Shown here piece by piece: positions 40,969-52,694 of a stretch of 56,511 nucleotides of DNA. Each line of letters starts with the position of its first letter. Within the stretch, counting starts at the first letter, position 1. Position numbers and translations under genes: made by a program. The stretch comes from Trichoplax sp. H2. Taxonomy: Eukaryota. The notes beneath the pieces are model-generated. The model was not told where the DNA came from, did not search any database, and worked only from the letters and a program-made list of their open reading frames with translations. Location: NCBI GenBank assembly GCA_003344405.1, contig NOWV01000305.1:1-56511 (forward strand). Reading direction: 5' to 3'.

Positions 40969-42170
40969 CTATAGATATTAAACAACGAGGATATAGGATT
41001 AAGTTACTATATGCAGACTAACTGCTATCCTACGACTAGATGATGTATTACCAATGGGCAGATTAATAAAAATTAAAATTTTTGAAGGATAGCAATTCAA
41101 TTTCAGGTATTTCTACTCATTAAAGAATCTTAATTCAATATCAAACTGAATAGGAAAGAGTATCAATTCCGTCATGGATTATTATTTTTTTACAGTACTC
41201 TTCCTTCTTATGGAAAAAAATAGAAGACATATTCATTTTCCTCTTACCTTGGTAGTCCTGTCGTTTAGCCAACTTGGAAAAAAGTCTGGCAGAGGTTACT
41301 GATAGTAAATATTTTATACTACAGAGCATATGGTAGCAGAAATAACTAAACGATGATCTAATAACACATGGTATATGCTAATTTATGTGATTGTCATCTT
41401 TGATCCTACGTCAGTACAATCATATGCTTGCCAGAGCCGTTCTCATTTTTCACTTCCTTGATATTCCAGTTACAATGTGATTGGTAGAAGAGTAAATATT
41501 CAGGGATAAAATATTTAGCACCAAATTAAAATAATTCTATCCTATTTATCCATTTTCATATTATGATATTGACCGAATATCTACTCATAGACGTATCTCG
41601 ATAACATGATCGAATATCTGCCTTACTTATAATTATTTTACCCACATAAGGCCAGCATAATGAATGGCCTCGTTGATAAATATGATTAGTAATTAATCTG
41701 GTGAAAAATGGACCAATTCCTGCCAATGTTATTAACTAATGATCGATGTATTGTATTAGTATTACGATATCAATGAAAAAATCTTCCATTTTATGCCTAT
41801 TATAAAACAAGAATTTTCATGTCTAATATATAATTAATAATGATAGCAGCAAATTACATTAATTGTGCATTTTAAAAGTACATTAATAATATGAGAAAGA
41901 GAAATATGAAACTCAGACTAATTGATCGTTCCGAATTATGTATTATAATTTGTACTATAGATTAATCAATTATGACTGGTTTAATGAAACAGCATATTTA
42001 TGCTTAAGGGATTCGTTATGTAACTCTACGCGTAGTCATATATCCTCTACTTGATATTTTTGATAGCTATATTTGATATCATTAAGGTTTATAAGAATAG
42101 ATATTATCATGATGCTAATATTAGATGATTCTAAATTACGATAGTAGAAATTGCTGATTACTGATATTGT

Positions 42171-42800
42171 ATTAACCAGTTAGCTAAGAATAGTCAATAG
42201 ATCGATGTGGATCGATATAATATAATGGTAAAGATCATCCTAGCGGTGTTAGGCATTAACAGAAGGATAATGATATATTAAGCAGACCGATTTGTACCGT
42301 AAAACGTATTGATAATTATAATCTATTTAAGGAAAAGTCTTCTGCTTGATGACTCAAGTCTGATTGTAGGCAACTTTATTAGCGTAAATAGATTTAAAAA
42401 AATGTATTTAAGAATTGCAGGGATGAGCTCAAACTTTACTTCTTTTGAGCTTAGAATATTCTAGATTAAATTTTTGTTCATATATTTAATATTAGCCAGT
42501 TAGCTAAGTATGGTGAATAGATCGATGTGACTTGATATACTATAATTGTATAGATACCCTGCATCTTTACGGTATTAGACATTAATATAATAATGTGATA
42601 TTAAGCAGACTGATTCGTGTTGTAAGACATATTAATAATCTATTTGAGGAAAAGTTTTCTATTTAATGACTCAAGTCTGATTGTTTGCAACTTTGTTGCT
42701 CTAAAATAGATTAAAAGCAATGTATTCATGACCAGTAGAGATGAGCTTAGACTAGACTTTACTTCTTTCGAGCTCAGGGCACACTAGATTAGATTCTTGT
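42171..42800. repeat. Two-copy ~320-bp tandem duplication
   Basis: CCAGTTAGCTAAG..AATAGATCGATGTG..ATTAAGCAGAC..GATGACTCAAGTCTGATTGT/AATGACTCAAGTCTGATTGT..ACTTTACTTCTTT at ~42171 and ~42491. Confidence 0.8.
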
Positions 42801-43616
42801 TCTCATTGATTTTTACCCCACTATGCTTAATAACTCTGTAATTAACGCTACTTTTTTATAAATTCTATCTGCCCGAGACAATTCTTTTGGTGAGAATTAC
42901 ACGAAATTGGAAAAAAATATTTCAACGATATCTTTATTGCAATACGTTATGGTACGCGTGAGAGAATCAACTACAGATTGATTTTATAATTCAATCTTGG
43001 CATAAACTGAAATGAACACTATTTATAACTCCTGCCAATAAAGCACTCAAATTGTTTTTTGATCAAGTGCCAAAGATGCATCTAAAATGCATTCATCTTA
43101 GACAGAATAAACTAATTTTTTACATAGATATAAGTACTATGTATTACATAGTAGATCCAATCTATTTTATCAATGTATATTGCATACTACAATTATTGAT
43201 AACAATCTAATCCCTACATAATGCATATGTGCACATAACAGCGGCTAAATAATTTTATTGTACAGAATGTTTTATTCAATGTACAGTTAAGACTATTATA
43301 ACATTTTCAGGTAACAGTCATGATGGTAACGATAGAGCTTATTAGAATTTGAGAAAAGTCAAGAGAACACATCATACATGAGCAGCATCAATAGCAACTC
43401 CTAGGTCATAATTTATATGGTACATTAATGATATAAATGACATCATAAAAAATTATTCAATTTTGACAACGTACCTATTTTCATTTATAATAATTTAAAA
43501 TTACGGGTATAGTAAATGATTGAAGTGAATCAATCCCATTTTGATGACAGTACAATAGACTAATATTTTACAGTATTGATATACATTGAATACAGTACAA
43601 GATCGTTTGAGTTGAA

Positions 43617-44128
43617 TTAAGGATACATTGTAAAGTCTATCTCCGAAATGGGTATAAATTCGAGTCTATTAGGCACGGAAAAATTTTCTTCATCATCATC
43701 TTGGAAATTTTCCGATGGATTCGCACGTCCCTGTTTTGATTCGTCCTCTGCTTTGTCCAAGGCAACAGTTGAAATTTCTTTTTCTTTATCGTTTTCCCTT
43801 TCTACACTGGCGGTATCATTTTCACTATCAGAATCTTCATCGCTGTATGCAACGAGTCCAGGTGTTTGCTTCTCTGTTTTCTCCGATAAAACATTGGCAC
43901 TATCATCGACACCATTATTATCATTATCTTGTGCAGCAATCCAATCAGATATGGAATTAAAATCGACTTGTCGGACAAAAGCTCCGCGCGTAAAGTAACC
44001 CTATGGATATTTAAAATGTTCAATTTTTTTTATAAATTATACGATTGCAATCGAAGAAAACATTAGTCATCCATTCTTCATACCAGCTACAGTCTACAAT
44101 GACTTTGTTAAGCACAAGCAAGCATTAC

Positions 44129-44167
<39 letters not shown>

Positions 44168-46112
44168 GCCCTTCATCATGCATCATGCCATCACCATCTT
44201 TCAAACTACATCACCACTGTAGCTAAGCTGAATTCACACCACAATGAAGAAATGATGTGTAACACTATTTACAGTAATTTAATGGTAGCTATTATCATTT
44301 GCTTACAGCTTTACTCCAATTTAGCATAGTTCTAGTATCGTAGGGGCCATGTACCTAAAACAATAACATAATTGTTAGACGTGTGATAACTAATACAAAG
44401 TTTCTTTATGATTATCTTCAAAATTATAATAATAAAGTGATGTTGGTATATCCAATGCAAAAGCCAACCTCAGCGTCTTTATCAGAAGACCATTTAAACT
44501 CCCATTGCAACGTGGGGCCTAAAGAATTTTCTGCTTCTTTGGCTTTTCTTTTCTCTTCTCTCTTTGCATCACGTAGCTAATAGCAAGAATTATAATTACT
44601 TCTATATTCTAATTTGATCGATAGTAAACCAGGTAAAGTTAGTCAGACACAGCAGCGTACGAACTTCATCAAACTATATCACCTACCGCTTTAGGTTGCC
44701 ACTCTACAGCACTAACGTAAATATTCCTTCCATCTAACCTCTAAGAGTGTAGAATGATAAATTTATCAAGCATTATCAAAGTTATCCTCTTATACAAAAG
44801 ATGTTTGATTTTCAATTGTAGACGCATTGTAGCTTACCGGATAATTCATGGCACACCATTTGCGACAATGGAGAGCTACATGAAAGATAAAGCATTATGA
44901 TATCCCTTTTTCTGATTGAGTTGTAATGATTCACAGTAGAGTACAGTAGATCCATCAGTCTTATTTAACTCAATATCAACGATGGTTACACATGAATACC
45001 ACCATGACGTCACTGTTGGCTAAATTGTTGTTGATGTACAGTATGAGACTAATTCAAGTTGCTATAGCTATTTCTGCTTGGGAAAGAATAATATCCACTG
45101 CTGATACTAGTCACTTGTACAAAAAAGTCATGATAGTATTATACAGGTAAGAAATGGTAGTATTGAAGTAACAATGGTGTATTGCGTATTTTAACTGACC
45201 TTCTTCTGCTGACGAATAAGTCACAAATGCAAAGCCTTTGGAATTGCCTGTGTCATGATCTTTAATAATCTTGATATTGGAAAAAAAAATCATTTACTAT
45301 TATTATCATTTGAGAAACAGACTGACAAAGAGCTAAAAGTAGGTAAAAGGAGTAAAGTGATATGTTGCAATCAAGCAGTCTTATTCTATGTTAATATGAC
45401 GTTCAGATCAGTTGTTGATTGTAGGAGTCACCTTAGCATCCATAAGTTTACCAAAGGAAGAGAAATAATGTGCCAAGGATTCTATATTAATGATGGGCAT
45501 AAACATCATCCTAGTTAGGACATTATCCTAAGCAATTTGTAGTGATGGTTATGGTCTATTCTCGAATGAATATGAAGGCAACTGTACCGAATTTCTCTCA
45601 ACTTGTTGAATCATAATATGACATAACCTCTATATACAGGTATCCTTTTATCATGACAATATTGTAGTACAAGATACAAGCTCACCTAAGGTAGTATCCC
45701 ACGACAGATTGCCAATAAATAATTTGGCTGCTGGATCAACTATTATTTGGATATTAATACAATATGTCGATTAAGGCAAAGAATTAGCAATAGAAGCTTC
45801 TACTGATAACGAGTAGTGCATTCATCAAGTCTGTATAGCATTATTTCAAGTCATTGCTTGTCGACATTGGTTGATAACAAGAATGATAGAGGTCGATCTG
45901 TTATGGAGAACAGCTGATTGCAAGGTTATTGATTAGCCTCTATTGCCTATCTTACATTTAAGCCTTTTTCCACTGGTTAAAGTCTCTGCATTATGCGTTT
46001 GAGGATGGAGTGGTGCGCTGCGTTTAGCAGCCAGTGGACCATTTGCGTTTTCATCGTTTGCACTACGTTTGGTAGCGGTGTACTTCTTATAGCTATAACT
46101 GAAGGTAGACAT
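43617..46112 (-). CDS. RRM + CD2BP2-type GYF domain protein (~320 aa)
   Basis: Nine phase-consistent exons: 46112-45956, 45739-45686, 45481-45432, 45269-45200, 44875-44838, 44740-44687, 44576-44469, 44354-44307, 44000-43617. RNP2 LFIGNL, RNP1 KGFAFVTY, LDGRNIYV; GYF WEFKW..DAEVHGPY..MLNWSKAGYF..FVRQV; C-terminus EIDFTMYP*. Confidence 0.85.
44133..44163. repeat. (AT)15 microsatellite
   Basis: Perfect AT run in the last intron of the RRM-GYF gene. Confidence 0.95.
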
Positions 46113-46194
46113 GTTGGTTGAATGATGTCTCTCCAGCAATCTCTTGCAGCAAATTGGCTTCCTTGGCCACCGGATCGACCGCACTTGCTGCTCT

Positions 46195-47245
46195 GTAGAG
46201 TACAGTACAGAGTGCAAGTTTGTACCGTAGAGTACAGTACACAGTCCTGTGCAGTGTTGTTACAGTACTGTACTATCAATCCGGGACCCGGGACGGACCG
46301 GGATCAATCTTCTGGAGCCTCTAAACAATACCCTGTAGACATTACAGTCTACAGTACAACAACGATGTGATTTGTCGAATACTGTACCGTACTGTAAAGT
46401 ACTACTGTACTGTACAGTGCTGTACCGCGTGAACCAGTTCGAATCAGAGTACTTTAAAAAGGTGCCCTAAAATCACAAGAGTGAATCAAAATGTAATAAA
46501 AATGATACAAATACAAAGCTGAATAACTTGGCTTTTTAATTTTATTGATTAAAATGAGGTTAATTGAGTAACTTTTACGTAATATTGTACATAGACTGTG
46601 CAATAAGTACAGTACTGTACCCTAAAGGCAAGAAGAAGAACCCACTGTACAGTGTAGAGTACTATCAATCCGGGACCCGGGACGGACCTGAGACGGACCC
46701 GGGATAAGGTACTGTACAGTACTGTACACTATACTGTACAGTGTACAGTACATTCACACGATGAATTTTTTACAGTACTGGATTGATGATTCAAAACTTT
46801 TTGCAGTGAACTGTACAGTACAGTATATGAAATCACTGAAATCACGAAGGCTCAAGAAAAAAATTCACCCCTTTTGCTCAGCCCTACAGTACTGTACACT
46901 GTACTGCACAGGACATACAGTACAGTATAGTACAGTACGTTCATGTCATACTGATAATCTATCATCGGAGATATCCTTCTAAGGGTATACAGTACAGTAT
47001 ACTGTATGTCGTATAAATGTCACATTCAATGTAAATACTAAACAGCAATTTCAAGGGAATACTGTACAACTTGGATTTTGGAACGAAAGGGAGACATCGA
47101 AAATAATCCGATTGTACAGTACAGTACAGTACTGCACACTGTGTGCAGTGCACAGTAGAGTACAGTACACTGTACTCTACTCTACTGCAGTGGACTGTAA
47201 ACCAGCATCATTGTACTGAACTGTTTGCGCACATGGGCAGTACGC
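46195..47245. repeat. Degenerate (GTACW)n array with a duplicated 30-bp GC-rich box in the RRM-GYF/TOMM40 divergent promoter
   Basis: About 45 GTAC tetramers in ~1.05 kb by manual count. GTACTATCAATCCGGGACCCGGGACGGACC is identical at 46270-46299 and 46659-46688. Confidence 0.85.
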
Positions 47246-47500
47246 TACAGAAGCTTCACGTCACCAGGGCACGATTGCACCATGCTTCAATTCGGCTTGA
47301 TAGACGAGCATGTGCTCTCGGCCTACGATGCCTGATGACTAGCGTACCGGTAACGTCAGTCAAGGCGGTAGTGAGGCTACCAGTGACGTCGGTAGTGACA
47401 GTGACTCTTGCAAGGGGATGACTGGGTAGGACGATGACTTGAAAGAAGGGTCATACCACTCTGAGGTCTAGCGCATATCATTATCATTACGATATTGAAA

Positions 47501-50500
47501 ATGGCGTCGGCTGGCGGTCAAGGGAGTCCTCAATTTCCTGGAGGTTTAGCTCCTCCGCCTCCAGCTGCAAATCCCAGTCATCAATCTGGGCAACAGGATG
47601 CAAATGCTGCTAATGGATCGAATAATACACTGAACAACGATTGGGTATGTCCGGGTTCATTCGAAGAATTACATAAGAAATGCAAAGGTACGAACTCTAC
47701 TTGCAAGACACCATTTCTCCATAAGCATCCTTATACTTTTGGTGAATTGGAGACATGGATAGAATAAATCAATAAGTCAATTGCAACTTCAACTCTGCCT
47801 ATGGATATAAGTTTAGCGTATTGTATAGGACATTGCTGATGATAGACGTTAGGCAAGAAGAGCGCAATCGTCATGTTACAGTAAAAGTCACTTTGATGAT
47901 GCCACAATGATCGCCAAGACTGCTTGTGCAACAACACCAGTAATATCAGTCAACCCCCTGATTTAGTCCATGCTAATCATGATTGCTTGTAGGTAACCGT
48001 TATCATAGGCCGATGGTAGTCAGGTTACCTATCTCTCATAGTAACATCCATATTCCAATGAGTTCACGACTCTGCTATGGTTGCTTTCAAATACTTTCCT
48101 TCATATTCCACAGTTGGAAGATGAACTCATACATTCCGTTTTCAATGGAAGTTATTGGCCAGTACAGTAGTTTGTTTTCATTAGGCAACTTAGCATAGTG
48201 TCATAGTCCATCCGCTGCTGTCTACAGTAGATACGAACAAGGTAATGATTCCGATTGAAAATCGACCATGTAATCATGATTTCGCTAGCATCATGACTAC
48301 TAAGATGCTCGTAACTAGTTTTAGGCGAGCCTGTGCATAGGCTCGATCTTACTATTTCAACCTACGATACAAATCTCCTGTTGCCAAATAAATAAATTAG
48401 CCTAGGATATCAGCAGAATAGGACGTGCTGAACATGACATTGATATGCCTTAAGCCAATAGGTTAGCACGCAATAGCTGACTTAATTACTGATCGATCCG
48501 AATGTGGTAGAGATTGGCCTTAGCCGTTACACCAGACCTTCCCATTGCATATCTGCTACTGTATTCTGTAACAACGCTTAGCTTGATGACTTTCTGAAAC
48601 TTAATATTGAACTACCATGTCGTCGAGTTACAATTTTAATCTTACTTGTTGCTGAATCGCTACATAGTGATGGAACATCTCTATTAATACCGCTTGCCAT
48701 CATCAAAACTCACATTCATAGTATATCCTGTACAAGTGAGGAGTTTGCTGTTTTTCGATACAGATTTGCAATTAGTATAATTAGTTCTTTATAAAGCCAA
48801 GTCTACATGACAATCTAGAATGAAACGGATCGCTCATGTTTTCACCTTAATTGCAATCTAGACGTGTATGTAAATGACTGCTAACAAATGTGATAGCGGT
48901 GCGAGTAAAGTATCATCAGCGACGCCATCCAATGAAGATCTGTTAAAATTAATTGTACAATATAAAGCCGTAAAGTATCGAGGCCGGTAGTTTTACCTTT
49001 GTCCAGTTTGTTCAGTATAACTTGGTTGCTTACGATGTCAATTGTGCTACAAAAAAAGTACATGGTCTTGTTTAACCTTAGCTTTACTCAAACGTTATTT
49101 GTAACATGAATCTACTTGTACAGTACATGGTAATTGTATATTCACATTGCACACATCATGGCATCATATCGTACGCCTAGATAACTTTTAGATCACTTCA
49201 AATAGTACATAAGATGATGGCATGTTAATGTGTAACAGTTGGTATTGAATGTTGATGATATCGCTTTTTAATCTTTTCCCATAACTTGACTTTTTCAGAC
49301 TTAATGCCACAACCTTTTGAGGGTTGCAAACTACTCATTAATAAAGGTCTTAGTAGTCACTTTCAAGTCAATCATAGCATCCATTTAAGTTCAGCAAACA
49401 ATTCTTCCTACCATTTCGGTGCAACTTACGTTGGTAATAAGCAGCTGTCCCCTACGGAGGTTTTACAATTTCTAAATTAAGACATTTGTGTTTCAATGAA
49501 TAGTATGCAAAGAAATGGCATTTCGCTTAACTGACATCATTGATATTATTATTACCTATTATCTTTTAAAGGCGTTTCCTGTGCTTGTTGGAGACATGGA
49601 TAATAATTATAATTTAAACGCTCAGATAATTCATGAAATTGTCCACGGTTTGAGAACCAAATGTGTCATTCAGGTAAACTCAAGTAAAGAATTGAGAAAA
49701 TTAAATGATAATTTTGATATGAAAGGAAATGGGAATATTTATAAAAACACATTGAGTACTTGCATCTATAATATACTGTCAATTTTAATTCAATCCAATG
49801 CAATAATCATAGACTCAGAAAGCTGTATGGCAAATGGCTCAGCTAGGTCTAGATTACCGTGGTAAAGATTTTGTTGCTAGCGTTACAACAGCAAATCCTA
49901 ATATTATCGATGAATCTGGTGTAGTAGCCTTTCATTACCTGCAAAGCATTACTCGGAAGCTTTGTTTAGGAGCTGAATATTTATATCAGTATGGTGGTGG
50001 GATGGAAGGAGCAGTACTCTCCCTAGGCGGTCGATATACAGGTAAGAGATAAATATTATTGTCTTCACGTCATAGGCAGCTATTCGCAATGCAAGATACA
50101 CCGTTGAATACAGTAGTTGGATTGTGAATGAATATAGCCATCAACCTCAACTGTAGTCATGCAGAGACGTTAGGAGGATTATAAGTAAAAATTTCTATAT
50201 ATCGATTGTTTTATTTAACAGGAAAAAATTGGATTGCTGCTGCAACTGCTAGTGGCATGAACGTAAATATGACTTACTATCATATTGGGAACGAATCGGT
50301 TCGTGCTGGAGTCGATCTTGACGTTAATCTTAGAACAAGGGAAAGTGTAGTTAGCTTAGGTTATGAATTGGACGTCCAAAAAGCAAACATGACCGTAAAG
50401 AATTCAATCGATAGCAATTGGACGATAACGTCGGTGATAGAAAAGAAATTACTACCTATGCCGTTTACTTTAACACTTAGTGGCATACTCAACCATGTAT

Positions 50501-50541
50501 CAAATAAATGCCAATTTGGTGTTGGATTTATTGTTGGATAA
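47501..50541 (+). CDS. TOMM40: Mitochondrial import receptor subunit TOM40 (332 aa)
   Basis: Exons 47501-47687, 49299-49459, 49572-49673, 49813-50041, 50222-50541. Motifs: [72 protein letters not shown]. Confidence 0.97.
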
Positions 50542-51381
50542 TGGAAATATTGTAGATCCTTGACTTCTATTATTGCACACTGTATCTTAGGATGTTGGTT
50601 CATCACCGCATGTGAAATTGGTTTCAGGTTCAAGTAACGTAAATTAATTTGTAATTACCATCATGTCACTTTGACTAACAGCGCTTCCGGTTCTTCCATA
50701 TATCTTATACATGAATCGTCAATTTTATTGCCAGTCTTACAAGATGGACCTGAATTGTTGGATTGTGCTTGTATTTTTATGTTTATTTTATAATTTGAGC
50801 TTCTATTCAAATCTGGAGAAACATTTTCTTTTGACCAATTTAGAGGAAATGTAATATAAAATTAAAAAATTGCTTGCTACTTCAGCTAAAACTACCTTAC
50901 TCGTGCATTGTCTTCTTTACATGACTCATTTATTAATGCATGCAATAATGTGGAAATACCAATTTATGCAGCCCATCATCAGACTGTATTGCCTTACTGT
51001 ATGGCCGTCTTGTTTGCTAGAGTGAACTTTTGCTAAGGATGGTAATTTATTTATTCGACGAGTCGGTTTGTAGATGAAGAACTAATTTTGGCGTCATCAT
51101 TCTTTCAAGTCGTTGTAGGAAATATCATGCATAAGAAGAGGACAAATTCGCTCTACTGTAAACTTATTCTAAATACGCGTATATACGATATCATCTTGGA
51201 GAAAGGTTGAAGGCATGACCTCTTTAGTAGAGATTTCCAATAAAACCTTCAAATAGTTTCTAAATAATTTAAGATGCAAATCCGTTAGATGCCCCCTATT
51301 CCATGGCCATCCATAGAAATTGACTCACAATCAGCGTTCCGATATACAGTATCTCATCATATTAACTACTATCGCTGGTTA

Positions 51382-51600
51382 GTCTCTTTCAGTTGTCTTT
51401 TCGTCAGCCATAGTGTTTGATTCAGGTATCTATATTGGAAACCATATCATTTCAAGTTCTGTCGCCTGTTCGTCTCCTTGACATGCTTTTTCGTTAGCCA
51501 TAGTATTTGATTCAGGTATCTATAATGGCTACTGTATCATTTAAAGTTCTGTCGCCTGTTTGTCTCTATCAGTTGCATTTTCGTTGGCCATAGTATTTTA
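51382..51600. repeat. 90-bp tandem repeat, ~2.4 copies
   Basis: GTCTC..TTTTCGT..GCCATAGT.TTTGATTCAGGTATCTATA..AAGTTCTGTCGCCTGTT with an exact 90-bp period (51382, 51472, 51562). Confidence 0.85.
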
Positions 51601-51886
51601 GCCTGAATCATGGAGATATAACCTTCTATCTCCATGATCTGAATACTATATCGTAGCCTACCCTATATACTGCCATGGTCGTAATTGTCCGGTCTCGACA
51701 TTGTAGTTTCTGTCTTGGCAACACTACAGTAATAATCATACTGTAGTAAGTGATGGCCTGTGTTATTTTATACAGCTTTGTTAGTAAACAGCACGCTTTG
51801 GCAGAGGACGGCCATTCACTATATATTTCATATCGTGCTTTGACCTATACTATACACTGAATAGTGTCTTGTATAAAAGTAGCCTC

Positions 51887-51899
51887 GTAACCTAGTAAC
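51887..51899. promoter_or_regulatory. Candidate RFX X-box upstream of JHY
   Basis: GTAACCTAGTAAC matches GTNRCC-N-RGYAAC exactly. Weaker sites: GTCTTGGCAAC (~51712-51722) and GCTGCTATGGTAGC (~52203-52216). Confidence 0.6.
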
Positions 51900-52694
51900 A
51901 AAGCCTGCGGGGGAACTCCGATGCAATAACGTTTATATGGTATAGTATTAACAATATCGCGAGTACTTTAAGCTCGATAGTTAATGTAGACGCCTTTTAA
52001 CATACTATCCACTTACTTAGCTATTTATTGCACTATCATAGCGATTCATTGCAGCACGAATGCTGGCAGTTCCTATCTAAGCGACATACTCGTACTTCAC
52101 CGTGCGCTGTGGAATATGTGCCAACAGAAAGATGTAAATAACGCAAATCGATGATCGAATGTCAATCACGATAAAGGGTACAATCTTTATTCTGTGGATA
52201 CCGCTGCTATGGTAGCCTTAATATTGCTTAAATAACCCTGAAGGAAAGAAATGTAAGTTTAGTACCAATTAAAGCTCTGATCGAGAACACTGATATACTT
52301 TGAGAAGTAGTTCTGATGATTTTGGTTTGAAAGAAATCAATTGTTGTAGACTGTTTTGACATTAAACGCAATATTATCAGATTCAATAGGACATTCACAA
52401 ATCTTTAAAAATATTTACGATTGGGATATCTTGTTCGATTAAAGTAGTAGATCCATGAAAATAGTGTTTTATGCCTTTACTATATATAAGCTTAATACAT
52501 GTGAATTATAATGTTGACATCAGATAGAAGTACCATCAAGGCCTTAAGGGTGTGCTAGCCGAGATATAATTTGCTCATCACATAAAAAGGCTTAATAAAA
52601 ATAAGCACCATTGGTACATCGGTTTAGTCAAGTTACTCACTATTTCATATTTCTTTTCCAATTCATTACACAAAATATAATTGCAGAAGGCGAT

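Noticed and set aside
43648..43998. 116-aa plus-strand ORF
   Set aside because: It is the antisense shadow of the acidic last exon of the RRM-GYF gene.
17970..46112. Functional spliceosomal cluster of CENATAC and the CD2BP2-like GYF gene
   Set aside because: The genes are more than 20 kb apart with two unrelated genes between them; proximity alone is not evidence in an animal genome.
46430..46450. GTTCGAATC B-box suggesting a tRNA or SINE
   Set aside because: No cloverleaf or A-box can be built from the flanks.
45977..47421. Short Tyr/Cys/Thr/Val-rich ORFs in the ORF track
   Set aside because: They are translation artefacts of the GTACW array, or overlaps with RRM-gene exon 1.
47890..47965. 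Possible C/D snoRNA (TGATGA...CTGA) in TOMM40 intron 1
   Set aside because: No convincing terminal stem or recognisable rRNA guide, and the boxes are common by chance.
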